This document shows positions 9,598-19,624 of a DNA stretch of 64,000 nucleotides, piece after piece. Location of the stretch: contig CAVULE010000003.1 of assembly GCA_963742315.1 (NCBI GenBank), positions 661,540 to 725,539 of the forward strand. Direction: 5' to 3'. The first letter of the stretch is position 1, and every line of letters begins with the position of its first letter. The notes under the pieces are model-generated. The model saw only the letters and a program-made list of their open reading frames with translations, was not told the DNA's origin and made no database searches. Source of the stretch: an uncultured Verrucomicrobiae bacterium (GTDB lineage: Bacteria; Verrucomicrobiota; Verrucomicrobiia; Chthoniobacterales; UBA10450). The position numbers and the translations under genes are program-made.

Positions 9598-10533
9598 ATG
9601 CCGGTAAAGAAGAAGTTAACCTGGCTTTTGCTCCTTCTTCGGCTCCCAGCCACCCACAAGGCGGAGCGGGTCGCGATTTGGCGCAAACTCAAAAAGTCCG
9701 GCGCCATCCAAATTCAAACTTCGACCTCCGTTCTACCGGATGAACCCGCGCGTTATGAATTGTTTCAGTGGCTGACCCAGGAAATCCGGTCGGCTGGCGG
9801 CGAGGCCACGCTCGTGCGCGCCCGTGAAATCGAAGGGTTACCGAATGAAAAACTGATTCAGCTGTTCAATACCGCGCGAGCGAAAGATTACGCCACACTC
9901 CGCGAGTCGCTTCGGCGGGCCTTGAGTCAGCGCCGCAAAACGCGGAGCTCGCCGGCAGTTGGCGACAACCTCGACCGCGTCCGAAAACAGTTTCGCCAGA
10001 TTCGGCAAACCGACTTCTTCAACTGCCCGCGGGCCCAGGATGTGGAAATGCTCTTGCGGAAAATGGAAGGGACGCAATTAGGCGAAGCGTCAGTTTCAAA
10101 GGCTGCGACGCGAGATTACCGCGGCAGAACATGGATCACGCGTCCGCGCCCTGAGATCGATCGCGCCGGGTCCGCCTGGCTGATCCGAAAATTTATCGAT
10201 CCCAAGGCGAAGTTTATCTTTGCGAAAAGGATCCCGGCGAATGGTCGCGCCGTTTCGTTCGACATGCTTGACGCTGAATTCTCGCATCACGGAGAAGACT
10301 GTACGTTTGAAACGCTGCTGAAACGATTTCGGATCCAGGACAAAGCGGCGCACAAAATTGGGGAAATGATTCACGACGCCGATCTCGATGACGAAAAATT
10401 CCAGCGCACGGAGTGCATCGGGATCGATCGCGTGCTCAAAGGTTGGGCGAGGGAAGGAATTTCGGACCAGGAAATTCTACGGCGCGGTTTGCAATGCTTT
10501 GACGGGCTCTACGCGTTTCTTCGCCAAGTATGA
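9598..10533 (+). CDS. chrB: chromate-resistance regulator-like protein ChrB
   Basis: ChrB_N-like start (KKLTWLLLLLRLPATHKAERVAIWRKL). C-terminal ChrB_C-like segment (RAGSAWLIRKFIDP...HHGEDCTFETLLKRF). Immediately upstream of chrA, with a 4-nt overlap. Confidence 0.65.
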   Translation: MPVKKKLTWLLLLLRLPATHKAERVAIWRKLKKSGAIQIQTSTSVLPDEPARYELFQWLTQEIRSAGGEATLVRAREIEGLPNEKLIQLFNTARAKDYATLRESLRRALSQRRKTRSSPAVGDNLDRVRKQFRQIRQTDFFNCPRAQDVEMLLRKMEGTQLGEASVSKAATRDYRGRTWITRPRPEIDRAGSAWLIRKFIDPKAKFIFAKRIPANGRAVSFDMLDAEFSHHGEDCTFETLLKRFRIQDKAAHKIGEMIHDADLDDEKFQRTECIGIDRVLKGWAREGISDQEILRRGLQCFDGLYAFLRQV

Positions 10534-11903
10534 ACCAAACTGCTAAGAGCGAGCGGCAAGACCCGCCTTCGCCCGGCGGCTACGGCGTGGCGGATCGACA
10601 TCGTGCGCCGTCGTTTGGCGACGCGTTTCGATTTTGGCTGAAACTCGGGTTTATCTCCTTTGGCGGACCGACCGGCCAGATCGCGATTATGCAGACGGAG
10701 TTGGTCGAAAAGAAAAGGTGGATCAGCCAATCGCGATTTCTGCACGCGCTCAACTTCTGCATGCTGCTGCCCGGCCCGGAAGCACAACAGCTCGCCATCT
10801 ACGTCGGCTGGCTTCTTCACAAAACGTGGGGCGGCATCGTCGCCGGCGCACTCTTTGTCATACCGTCGATTTTTATTCTCTGGACCCTGAGTTTCATTTA
10901 CGCCGCTTACGGCAACGTCCCCTGGATCGCAGCGATTTTTTACGGACTCAAACCTGCCGTGACCGCAATCGTGCTGACGGCAGTCATTCGCATCGGCCGG
11001 AAAGCGCTTAAGAACGAAGTCATGTGGGCGCTGGCTGCGCTCGCTTTCATCGCGATCTATTTTTTCAAAGCGCCATTTCCCGCGATCGTCCTCAGCGCTG
11101 GTATCGTTGGATTTCTCGGTGGATTGCTCTGGAAATCAAAATGCGAGAGCGGATCGAGAGAGCATTCGGCATCGACATCGTCCGTGATCGGCGACGACGA
11201 GGAATCGCCCCCGCATACGAAACCAAATTTGGCGCGCGCGTTTCGGGTCTCGGTTCTTTGGCTGACGCTATGGGTGACGCCGACATTGATCGTTGGCGCG
11301 ATGCGCGGCTGGGAGAGCACGCTTTTTAAGGAAGGTTTGTTTTTCAGCAAAGCGGCCGTGGTCACGTTCGGCGGCGCATACGCAGTCCTGCCCTATGTTG
11401 CGCAACAAGCGCTCTTTCATTATGGCTGGCTGAAACCGGGCCAGATGATGGATGGTCTGGGTCTGGCAGAGACCACGCCCGGCCCGTTAATCATGGTCCT
11501 GCAATTCGTCGGTTTCATGGGCGCGTGGCAACATCCGGAAGGTTTACCGCCTCTGGTTGCAGCCACAATTGGCGCGCTGATTACAACATGGGCCACATTC
11601 ACGCCGTGCTTTCTTTGGATTTTCCTGGGCGGCCCCTACATCGAGCAATTGCGTGGTAATCCAAGACTAACGGCCGCGCTCAGTGCCATCACGGCGGCGA
11701 TCGTCGGGGTCGTGCTTAATCTCGCGGTCTGGTTCGGTCTCCGCGTTTTCTTTCCCGGCAACGGCGCAATGGATTGGTTTGCAATTTTGCTTTGCGCCGC
11801 CGCCTTTGTCGCAATGCTACGCTACAAGATCGACATCATTCCGGTAATAATCGGAGCAGGAATTCTTGGCCTCTTATATAATTTCCTCCGGGGTTTCAGC
11901 TAA
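10530..11903 (+). CDS. chrA: chromate efflux transporter ChrA (long, duplicated CHR form)
   Basis: FGGPTGQIAIMQTELVEKKRWIS...LLPGPEAQQLAIYVGW in the first half, and a second TFGGAYAVLPYV...LAETTPGPLIMVLQFVGF repeat. Confidence 0.9.
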   Translation: MNQTAKSERQDPPSPGGYGVADRHRAPSFGDAFRFWLKLGFISFGGPTGQIAIMQTELVEKKRWISQSRFLHALNFCMLLPGPEAQQLAIYVGWLLHKTWGGIVAGALFVIPSIFILWTLSFIYAAYGNVPWIAAIFYGLKPAVTAIVLTAVIRIGRKALKNEVMWALAALAFIAIYFFKAPFPAIVLSAGIVGFLGGLLWKSKCESGSREHSASTSSVIGDDEESPPHTKPNLARAFRVSVLWLTLWVTPTLIVGAMRGWESTLFKEGLFFSKAAVVTFGGAYAVLPYVAQQALFHYGWLKPGQMMDGLGLAETTPGPLIMVLQFVGFMGAWQHPEGLPPLVAATIGALITTWATFTPCFLWIFLGGPYIEQLRGNPRLTAALSAITAAIVGVVLNLAVWFGLRVFFPGNGAMDWFAILLCAAAFVAMLRYKIDIIPVIIGAGILGLLYNFLRGFS

Positions 11904-12464
11904 CACGGCCTTTTGATGCTGCGCACCGGGCTCAACCGCGCGATATGACTTTGCGGTAATGAGAAAGACGAGGTTTGTTCTTACGGTTCCGTCACCGGCT
12001 GGAAGTTGAGCCTTTTTCAGAAAACTCGCACCAATTTTCGCAAGTGCCTTCTGGGAACGAATATTATTCTCTCCGACAACAAAGACAACGCGATCGACAA
12101 ATCGAAAGGCGTGTTCGAGCATGAGTTGCTTCAACTCGCGATTGTAGGTCCCGCCCCAGAATTCGCGCTCCAGAAACGTCCAGCCGATCTCTACTTCACC
12201 ATTCGTTAGATCCAGATTGCAATATCTCGAGCTTCCAATGATTCGGCCCGATTCGCGTTCGATGATCGCGAAGGCGCCTTTGGACTCTAACGCACCGTCG
12301 AAAAATCTCTGAAAGACTTCTCGCTGGTAGCGGTTGCTTTCCGGATGCTGTTCCCAAATCTTCGGGTCGCTGGCCGCTGCAAAAAGCGCATCGAAATCCT
12401 GCGGCCCCAGCGGGCGCAGTTCGATGAGATCTCCCTTCAGGGTGGGTTGAAGATCAAAATCCAC
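11874..12464 (-). CDS. GNAT family N-acetyltransferase
   Basis: RIIGSSRYCNL...VEIGWTFLEREFWGGTYNRELKQLMLEHAF: GNAT motif A region. Confidence 0.7.
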   Translation of the reverse strand: MDFDLQPTLKGDLIELRPLGPQDFDALFAAASDPKIWEQHPESNRYQREVFQRFFDGALESKGAFAIIERESGRIIGSSRYCNLDLTNGEVEIGWTFLEREFWGGTYNRELKQLMLEHAFRFVDRVVFVVGENNIRSQKALAKIGASFLKKAQLPAGDGTVRTNLVFLITAKSYRAVEPGAQHQKAVLAETPEEII

Positions 12465-12697
12465 GGTCCGAGCCGGACTGGCGGTTGTTCTTAATCAACT
12501 TAAAGCTCACTGCTTTGAGTTTAAGGTAGCGTAGAATGTCGACGATATATCTAAAAAACAGATCAACGGGCAAGATGGCTGTGCTACCGCGGGCTCGCAG
12601 GAGCTCACTGGTCCGTCTGCGAACGGTCGGCATTAATCAACTCAGAGCTTTTTTTGGGTAGTACCTTCCGCGCAAAAAACTCCCGGGAGCGCGGGAT

Positions 12698-12829
12698 GCC
12701 GGGTAGCGCACGCGTCTCGCGTGACATGCCAGTCCGGATCGGACTTTTGACGTCCCGCCAAAACGATCTTCGAAAGTCCGCGATCGCGAGGACGCGATCG
12801 CCAACACGCGAGACGCGTGCGCTACCCGG
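12698..12829. repeat. palindromic repeat element, family D copy 1 (CCGGGTAGCGCRCGCGTCTCGCGTG ... CACGCGAGACGCGTGCGCTACCCGG)
   Basis: Long inverted repeat. Second copy with near-identical termini at 61441..61580. Generates spurious overlapping ORFs (12605..12908). Confidence 0.7.
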
Positions 12830-12904
12830 AGAGAAACGCACCGCGCGCGGTGTACGCCTACTCTGCTGTTGCGTAACAGAACGTCATGCATTCACATCCG
12901 TTAA

Positions 12905-13525
12905 TTGAAACGAGCGCCTCTGGACGAATTCACGCCGATTGAGCGGCGTCAAATGCGCGCCCTCAAAACTCCTGCCGGCGTGCAACGTTTTCTCGACAGT
13001 CTTCCTTATCATCTGGCTGACACCGCATGGTCGCCACGAAAAGTTTTGCAAACAAAAACGGCGCATTGTCTTGAAGGAGCCATTTTCGCCGCCGCTGCCT
13101 TACGTGTTCTGGGATTTCCGCCGCTGCTCTGGGACCTCGAAGCAGTGAACGATACGGATCATGTCCTCGCAATTTTCAAAGTGCGCGGTTGCTGGGGCGC
13201 GGTAGCAAAATCCAACTTTAGTGGCTGCCGTTATCGCGAGCCGGTTTATCGCACCTTACGCGAACTGGCGATGAGCTACTTCAACATCTACTTCAATCTT
13301 CGCAGCGAACGCACCCTGCGTCGTTACTCACAACCGGTCGATCTCACGCGCTTCGATGACCGTCATTGGATGACTTCCGAGCGCAGCATTTGGTTTATCG
13401 CAGAATATCTTTGCACCATTCCGCACACGCCATTGCTTACGCCCGCACAAGCCCGGCGGCTAACCAGACTTGATCAGCGGAGCCGCACTGCCGAAATGGT
13501 CGGCCACCGCAAGAAAAAGTTGTAG
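12905..13525 (+). CDS. hypothetical protein, possible transglutaminase-like cysteine-protease fold
   Basis: Spaced Cys/His/Asp: TAHCLEGAIFAAAALRVLGFP ... TDHVLAIF ... GCWGAV. Weak call. Confidence 0.3.
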   Translation: MKRAPLDEFTPIERRQMRALKTPAGVQRFLDSLPYHLADTAWSPRKVLQTKTAHCLEGAIFAAAALRVLGFPPLLWDLEAVNDTDHVLAIFKVRGCWGAVAKSNFSGCRYREPVYRTLRELAMSYFNIYFNLRSERTLRRYSQPVDLTRFDDRHWMTSERSIWFIAEYLCTIPHTPLLTPAQARRLTRLDQRSRTAEMVGHRKKKL

Positions 13526-13633
13526 ACGGTGGCTGCAATGAACGGACAAGATGTCCCTTGGCCCCACAGCCAGGATGGCCGTGCCTACAATGCAGGCATT
13601 GACCAGGACCACACGGCGCGATTAGCGTGTTTG

Positions 13634-14668
13634 ATGTCGCGGTTCTGTGCCATTCTGTTTTGGATAATGATCGGCGCGTCGGTCACTCAAGCGGAATGGC
13701 CAATTCCAACCGCAGACGGTACCACCTGGCGGTACGCCTTCACCCGCGAGGGCGAGACCGAGCCGGGAACATTGACGCGCCAGGTCCTTGCTCCCAAGAA
13801 TCCGGAGGAACAAGGTATTTTGCGGATCGAAACTGTAATCAACGGCAGTACCCATTCGACAGAGTTTTTGAAAAACGAGAGCAACGCCATTCTGGCAACC
13901 GCTTATCGCGTCCAAGGCGGAAAGACCGAAGCGTTCGATCCACCAATCACAATCTTGCCTGCGGATCTAAACCTTGGCACCGAATGGAATTATCACGGCC
14001 CTATCGCCGGCCTCGATCTTAATTTGCCGCTCAAGATTGTTGGTGAAGGCGACATCGACGTGCCGGCAGGGAAATTCCGCGCCCTGCATTTTCGGGGAGA
14101 AAAAAATGAAGCCTTGTTTACCGTGGCCGATTTTTGGTTTGTCCGCGGAGTCGGCTCGGTCAAGGAAACGGTGACGCAGCGTTCGCCCAGCGGCGATCTT
14201 CTGACCCGAAACACGATCGAACTCGCTAAACTTCCCGCGCGACAGCAGACCCAACCGATCGCGGAAAAAAAGAAACTGGAAGCTTCCGTTTCCACCAGCA
14301 GCGACGGCGATCCACTTAACGTTATTTCCGAAGACGCGCTGCAGATCGTGGCGCGCTGGCGTGGTCATGGCCTGCGAAGACATTCCAGGATCCGCGCCGT
14401 TTGGATCGCACAAGATACCGGGATCGCGCCAGTTGACTTCAAGGTGGACGAAGCAACCGCTGTTGCGCCCGTAGACAGCGCATCTGGCAAATTCACCCTC
14501 GCCCGGCCGCCCGACGGTTGGGCGACGGGGAAATATCGGATCGAGTTTTATGTCGATGACGAACTTACCGAGACAGTGGAGCTAACCATAACTCCTTCTC
14601 CGCCGCGATCGCGCTCGGCGGTAGATTTTATGAATCCAGACCGGCAGCTGCCTGCATCCAACTTCTAA
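13634..14668 (+). CDS. secreted hypothetical protein
   Basis: Internal Met gives the signal peptide MSRFCAILFWIMIGASVTQA. No recognised motifs. Tightly followed by a lipoprotein gene. Confidence 0.45.
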   Translation: MSRFCAILFWIMIGASVTQAEWPIPTADGTTWRYAFTREGETEPGTLTRQVLAPKNPEEQGILRIETVINGSTHSTEFLKNESNAILATAYRVQGGKTEAFDPPITILPADLNLGTEWNYHGPIAGLDLNLPLKIVGEGDIDVPAGKFRALHFRGEKNEALFTVADFWFVRGVGSVKETVTQRSPSGDLLTRNTIELAKLPARQQTQPIAEKKKLEASVSTSSDGDPLNVISEDALQIVARWRGHGLRRHSRIRAVWIAQDTGIAPVDFKVDEATAVAPVDSASGKFTLARPPDGWATGKYRIEFYVDDELTETVELTITPSPPRSRSAVDFMNPDRQLPASNF

Positions 14669-14677
14669 AGTCCTTTT

Positions 14678-15373
14678 ATGAAGAAGCATATTTTTGCCGT
14701 CGGCCTTCTTTTTGCCTTCGCCGGATGCGACATCGGTGGCATTCGCGGCAACGGCCGCGTGGTTAGCGAACAACGAAATGTCGATCCCTTTGTCAATGTC
14801 GAGACTGGCGGGGCTTTCCGGGTGGAATGGAACAGCGGCGCGCCTTCCGCCTCGATCACAGTCGACGAAAACCTGATGCAGTACGTCGAGATGGAGGTTA
14901 GAGACAAAGTCCTGCATGTCCGAACCACACGCTCGGTCCGGCCGACGCATTCGATCCGATTAGCGCTGACTAGCAACGCGTTGGAAGGCGCCAGCTTCAG
15001 TGGCGCATCGCGATTAGATGCGCATAAGCTTAGCGGGCCGAAATTCTACCTCGAGACAACCGGGGCATCGAACGTGACCCTTGATGGTGTGGTGGATGAA
15101 TTGGTCGCCAACATGACTGGAGCAAGCGATCTGCGTGCGGAAGCGTTGCAGACAAAAATCGCCGAGCTTTCAGTGACTGGCGCCGGCGATGCGCGGATAG
15201 CAGTAAGTGACACGCTCAAGGTTTCCATTACGGGCGCTGGCAAAGTGGAATACATCGGAAATCCGCCGCACATCGAACGCGAGATTACCGGTGCGGGTTC
15301 AATCCGGCCCCGGGGAGGTGGTGTGTCTTCGGGTCCGACCGTACTCGGTCACAGCGACGATTCACACCGGTAA
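14678..15373 (+). CDS. DUF2807-like (GIN domain) lipoprotein
   Basis: Lipobox LLFAFAGCD. Repeated beta-strand units (...ASNVTLDG / ..GASDLRAE / ..GAGDARIA / ..GAGKVEYIG) as in putative adhesin head GIN domains. Confidence 0.5.
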   Translation: MKKHIFAVGLLFAFAGCDIGGIRGNGRVVSEQRNVDPFVNVETGGAFRVEWNSGAPSASITVDENLMQYVEMEVRDKVLHVRTTRSVRPTHSIRLALTSNALEGASFSGASRLDAHKLSGPKFYLETTGASNVTLDGVVDELVANMTGASDLRAEALQTKIAELSVTGAGDARIAVSDTLKVSITGAGKVEYIGNPPHIEREITGAGSIRPRGGGVSSGPTVLGHSDDSHR

Positions 15374-15396
15374 GGAGCGAAGTGGTCGGTCGTGTC

Positions 15397-15481
15397 GTCA
15401 TCCCGAGCGAAGTCGAGGAATCCCGAAGAAGTTGCCTTTAAGCTTCCGCGACGGGATCCCTCGACTTTCGCTCGGGATGAC
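15397..15481. repeat. REP-like hairpin element, family A copy 1 (GTCATCCCGAGCGAAGTCGAGGAATCCCG ... CGGGATCCCTCGACTTTCGCTCGGGATGAC)
   Basis: ~85-nt inverted repeat immediately 3' of the lipoprotein gene. Spawns ORF 15398..15727. Confidence 0.75.
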
Positions 15482-15547
15482 GGGCTGGTGTCTCAACGGC
15501 CTTTCTCCTGTTCGTCGCGGCGGTTGAGGAAGTAAGTTAGGCGGCGG

Positions 15548-16372
15548 ATGGAGAACTTTATCTGCGTACAATGCGGGGCGCAGTTTAGCCAAACCGCGGA
15601 GCCACCGCCACGATGTCCGATCTGCCAAGATGAACGGCAATTCGTTCGTCATGACGGGCAGCAGTGGACGACGCTGCAGGAGCTGGCGCGGCATCATCGC
15701 AACCGTATCGACGAACAGGCACCACACCTTCTCGGCATCGGAACGGAACCGGAATTCGCCATTGCTCAGCGCGCTCTGCTGGTGCAGTCGCCCGCAGGAA
15801 ATTTGTTGTGGGATTGCATTTCATTGCTCGAGGACAACACCATCGCGGAAGTCAGCGCGCGCGGAGGTATTCGGGCGATCGCGATCTCGCATCCACACTT
15901 TTATTCCTCAATGGTCGAATGGGCGGAGCATTTCGACGCGGAGATATATTTACACGCCGCGGATCGCGAGTGGGTCATGCGCGACAATCCGCGTATTCAG
16001 TTTTGGGAAGGCACAACCTTTTCGCTCTGGGATGATTTGACGTTGATCAACTGCGGGGGCCATTTCGAGGGCGGGACTGTTCTCCATTGGCCGGCGGGTG
16101 CGCACGGCAAAGGGGCGTTGCTCACGAGTGACATTCTTACGGTGGTGCAAGATCGGCGCTACCTCAGCTTTATGCGCAGTTATCCAAATCTGATTCCGCT
16201 GGGCGCCGCCGCAATCGATCGCATTCTTGAAACGCTTGAGGAGTTTTCGTTCGACCAAATCTACGGCGGTTGGTGGAAGGCGAACGTGCTAGCGCACGCC
16301 AAAACCGCCGTCGCGCGATCGGCGGAACGTTACGTGCGGGCAATCGGTCACTCCGCGGAGCGATTAAGCTGA
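15548..16372 (+). CDS. MBL-fold metallo-hydrolase with N-terminal zinc ribbon
   Basis: CVQCGAQF...CPICQDE zinc-ribbon motif. HxHxDH-like AISHPHFYSS metal-binding region. Confidence 0.6.
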   Translation: MENFICVQCGAQFSQTAEPPPRCPICQDERQFVRHDGQQWTTLQELARHHRNRIDEQAPHLLGIGTEPEFAIAQRALLVQSPAGNLLWDCISLLEDNTIAEVSARGGIRAIAISHPHFYSSMVEWAEHFDAEIYLHAADREWVMRDNPRIQFWEGTTFSLWDDLTLINCGGHFEGGTVLHWPAGAHGKGALLTSDILTVVQDRRYLSFMRSYPNLIPLGAAAIDRILETLEEFSFDQIYGGWWKANVLAHAKTAVARSAERYVRAIGHSAERLS

Positions 16373-17071
16373 AACGTTGCTTAGCAGTTCGTGAACCAGC
16401 CGCGGCAAGGCGACGCCGGCTGGTTCGCGGAATGACTTGGTCGCAAATTGCGACAACGATGTTTCTTCAGGATTCACTTCTATCAATTGACCAGTGCGGC
16501 CTCGCGCTCGCAGCGCCCAATCAGTGATGTAACCAAAAAGCGCAGTCGTTCCGGCGACAATGACCAAATCGCAATCGCCGGCGGTCACAAAATTTTCCAC
16601 AATGCTGATTTTTGCCGGGTCCAATTGTTCACCGAACCAAACCACCCCCGGTCGCATGAGCGCGCCGCATTCCGGACACTTCGGGAGGCTGTCATCATCA
16701 TGCTCATGTCTTCCGAAATCGCACCGCGAGCAGTGCGTGATGAAAATGTCGCCGTGGATTTGCACCATCTTTTCTGAGGGTAACCCCGCTCGCCGGTGAA
16801 GATCATCCACGTTCTGGGTCACGAGCAGAAATTCGCGAGCCCGTTCCGCTAAATTAGCGATCGCCCGGTGGGCAGGATTCGGCTGCGCCGTACGAATGCG
16901 CTGACGTCGCTCGCGATACCAATCCCAAACCAAATTCGGATCGTGTGCGAACGCTTCCGGCGTTGCCAGTTTCGTCGGATCAAAATTTCGCCAGTAACCA
17001 TCCTTGCCCCGAAAAGTCGGGATCCCGCTCTCCGCGGAAATGCCTGCGCCAGTGATGACAAAAACACGCAT
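16364..17071 (-). CDS. cobB: NAD-dependent protein deacylase (Sir2/CobB)
   Basis: GAGISAESGIPTFRG...QNVDDLHRRAG...CSRCDF...CPECG: sirtuin signature with a Zn ribbon. Confidence 0.85.
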   Translation of the reverse strand: MRVFVITGAGISAESGIPTFRGKDGYWRNFDPTKLATPEAFAHDPNLVWDWYRERRQRIRTAQPNPAHRAIANLAERAREFLLVTQNVDDLHRRAGLPSEKMVQIHGDIFITHCSRCDFGRHEHDDDSLPKCPECGALMRPGVVWFGEQLDPAKISIVENFVTAGDCDLVIVAGTTALFGYITDWALRARGRTGQLIEVNPEETSLSQFATKSFREPAGVALPRLVHELLSNVSA

Positions 17072-17132
17072 TTTTGAGGGGCGTCTGGGTCACTCCCCTC
17101 AAACTTTACCCCCGATCGACGTGCGATAAACA

Positions 17133-19406
17133 CTAGCGATGCGGGCGGTAGTTAATCGTATAGGTCTGCCGCTGAACGTTGGGAACCGCAGTGCCGGTCG
17201 CGGCGTCGTAAGTGGAACGTGACAGATAAATCAATGCCGTGCCGGTGTTGGCCGGATCGAAGAAGGGATCGCCGGCAGGAACCGAAATATCGAAAGCGAC
17301 ATCGCCGGTTGTTGTGAGATCGAGATCGTGATCGACAAACTGCCCCCACCCGTAAATCCAATCGGAAAGATTGCGCGCATTTCGCAGATCCGCGGTTTGG
17401 TCGGAGACAGTGTTGCTGATAAAGCGCGCGCTGGGACGGTTTGCGCCGGCGGGCGTAGCGAGCGAATCGCCATAGGCAGCGGAAGCAAAACGCATCAGAT
17501 CAAATCCGGCAGCGCCCCAGAATGAATGGCGGGTGTTGTTTCTGGTTCCGTCGATCGAGGCGGCAGTGAATCGCGTGTTTGTCGCGCCGATCAAAGCTGG
17601 CGGCAGAGAACCAGGCTTTGGTTGCAAGGTTCCCAGAGTCGATGCATCAAAGAAAAAAACGTTGTCCTGAATCTTCGTGATGACGGTGTTGCGCCGGATG
17701 ATGTCGGAGAGACGTGTCTGCTGCAGCGCTTGCAACTGGCTTCCAAAGAAAATTCTTTGATACCAAAATCGATCGCCGGTGCGCAGGCGCTCGAATTGAT
17801 TGGCGATGATTTTTCGAAACGTCGGGCCGACGCTCGTGCCGAAAACATGATCCTCGGCCAGGCCGCCGACCCAAAGATCGATTGAATCCACATTTCCGTA
17901 GAGAGAGAAGAGCTTTGCCTGGAGATCAGGGTCGCTTGTGATTTGAGTGAAACTGGTGACACGCGGGAGTCCGTAGGCGGCGCGTGCACTGTTATAATCC
18001 GCGAGGCCGTGATCGCGCCCGCGTTGAATGTTGAGCGAAGCAAGATCAAATCCACCCGCGCCGGGAGGGCCGAAGAGAAAATTTCGAAGGCCGCCAACGA
18101 GTTTAGGATCCACTTCCTGCGCGTTGTCGGTGGCGAGATATTTCAGAATGGGATCGGGCCCGACTTCTTTGAGCGGGGCCGGATTGAAGAAAGCTTCGTC
18201 GAGATCGAGTTCGTCCCGCACTGGGTTGCCATCGTTGTCGAGAAACTCGACGTCATCATTGACGAGGGTATGACCAATACGATAAGCCGCGGTAGAAAAC
18301 TCATTCGCGATTCCGGCGTTCACATCTGCGTCATAGCCGGAATATGACCGCAACGCGTTCGATCCCAATAGCGCCGGAAGAAATTCGTTATACGTAATTG
18401 CCTGGATTTCTCCGGCGACAATCCTTCGCGTCATTTGGAAGATCTGCTCGTCGCTCAGCGAATGATTAGCCGCAGCAATAGCAGCAGCGATCTGATTGTG
18501 TTCCCGAACAAACAGCGCGTGAATCGCGCTCAACTCAACGTTCTCGTTCGCCCGCACGTCACCAGCGAGGAAAAGCTCGGCGTCCGGAAATAAATGCGCA
18601 TCGTTTGCGTTCGGCAGGCCCGCGGTATTGAGCGGAGGGAGATTACCGGCGCTGGTTTTGAGGGTGCCGCCCTGAAATGTTCGCAACGCCGCCGCGCGGG
18701 TCGCGTCAGAACCATAAATGACGGAACCGTCGAGATAGGATGTGATTTGGTTTGTTTGCTGGCGCGGATTCGGTGTCGTTGCTTGAAACGTGAAAGTGTT
18801 GGCTCCCGAACGCAGCGTGACCCGCAGACTGAACTTTCCGTTGCGATCCAGTGTAACCGGCGTGCCGTTCACAGAAAAGGTGATGAGCCAGGGCGCGTAA
18901 ACATCATTTGTGACCGTTCCCTGCAAAACAACCCGCGACCAACCTACGGTGCTTCCGTTCGGAGGATTGACACTAACGAACGAGCCATTGCTCGGCGATG
19001 GCGCTGAGTTTACACCCGTGTTGGAATCTTGAGTAGCGGTACGCCCGCTCAAGCTGTGCAATTGCCGCTCGGCGATCCAGCCGCTGTTGCCACTGTCGAA
19101 ATCGACTTTCCACCACCACACATCACCCACGCGAACCGGACCATTGCTGATCGATCCGACTGCATTGGCCGCTTGATTACCGGCGAAGCGACCGGCCGAA
19201 GGCGGTGCCGCGAAAACCGCACTCGATCCGGTCGTTTGCACTCGATCGCCAACGTGAAACGCCGAGGGGCTGACGCCGGCGGTAGTTTGTGCGGCAACAT
19301 TCCGGCATAGGAAATCTGTGCCCGCGAACGATAACGCGGCGACGCACAGTAGATGCATTGAGGTGATCTTTCGAAACCGCCGGATTTTGAGAAAACACGT
19401 TTTCAT
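17133..19406 (-). CDS. secreted animal-haem-peroxidase family protein with N-terminal SH3b-like and Ig-like domains
   Basis: Signal peptide from the MKTCF.../MHLLCVAALSFAG start. Peroxidase core ...FVREHNQIAAAIAAANHSLSDEQIFQMTRRIVAGEIQAITYNEFLPALLG (distal-His EHN region and the Ca-binding loop). 19553 is the longest-ORF alternative start. Confidence 0.7.
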   Translation of the reverse strand: MKTCFLKIRRFRKITSMHLLCVAALSFAGTDFLCRNVAAQTTAGVSPSAFHVGDRVQTTGSSAVFAAPPSAGRFAGNQAANAVGSISNGPVRVGDVWWWKVDFDSGNSGWIAERQLHSLSGRTATQDSNTGVNSAPSPSNGSFVSVNPPNGSTVGWSRVVLQGTVTNDVYAPWLITFSVNGTPVTLDRNGKFSLRVTLRSGANTFTFQATTPNPRQQTNQITSYLDGSVIYGSDATRAAALRTFQGGTLKTSAGNLPPLNTAGLPNANDAHLFPDAELFLAGDVRANENVELSAIHALFVREHNQIAAAIAAANHSLSDEQIFQMTRRIVAGEIQAITYNEFLPALLGSNALRSYSGYDADVNAGIANEFSTAAYRIGHTLVNDDVEFLDNDGNPVRDELDLDEAFFNPAPLKEVGPDPILKYLATDNAQEVDPKLVGGLRNFLFGPPGAGGFDLASLNIQRGRDHGLADYNSARAAYGLPRVTSFTQITSDPDLQAKLFSLYGNVDSIDLWVGGLAEDHVFGTSVGPTFRKIIANQFERLRTGDRFWYQRIFFGSQLQALQQTRLSDIIRRNTVITKIQDNVFFFDASTLGTLQPKPGSLPPALIGATNTRFTAASIDGTRNNTRHSFWGAAGFDLMRFASAAYGDSLATPAGANRPSARFISNTVSDQTADLRNARNLSDWIYGWGQFVDHDLDLTTTGDVAFDISVPAGDPFFDPANTGTALIYLSRSTYDAATGTAVPNVQRQTYTINYRPHR

Positions 19407-19624
19407 GGTGACGCGATGAATCAGACTCGTGTCCGCGCGCACCAAGAGATTTGGGACAAGCCCGCTTGATAATGGGATGAACGACGACGCCAGCGCAGCA
19501 CAGGCTATTTCATCACAAAAAGCCCGGCGTTCATCCCATAACGATTGCGCCATCGCAGCGTGAACGCTCGCTTCGCTTCACCACGAGAGATCTCAATCAA
19601 AACGCACTAACAGGAGGGTCTAAG

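Noticed and set aside
12605-12908. ORFs 12605..12841, 12637..12891, 12654..12908 and 15398..15727, and similar small ORFs at 61395-61724
   Set aside because: They are read-through translations of palindromic repeat elements (families D and A), which give arginine/serine-rich low-complexity peptides. They are not genes.
19407-19553. N-terminal 49-aa extension of the haem-peroxidase ORF (MAQSLWDERRAF…)
   Set aside because: It lacks a signal peptide, whereas the internal Met at 19406 gives MKTCF…MHLLCVAALSFAG with a clear signal sequence. The extension is probably untranslated.
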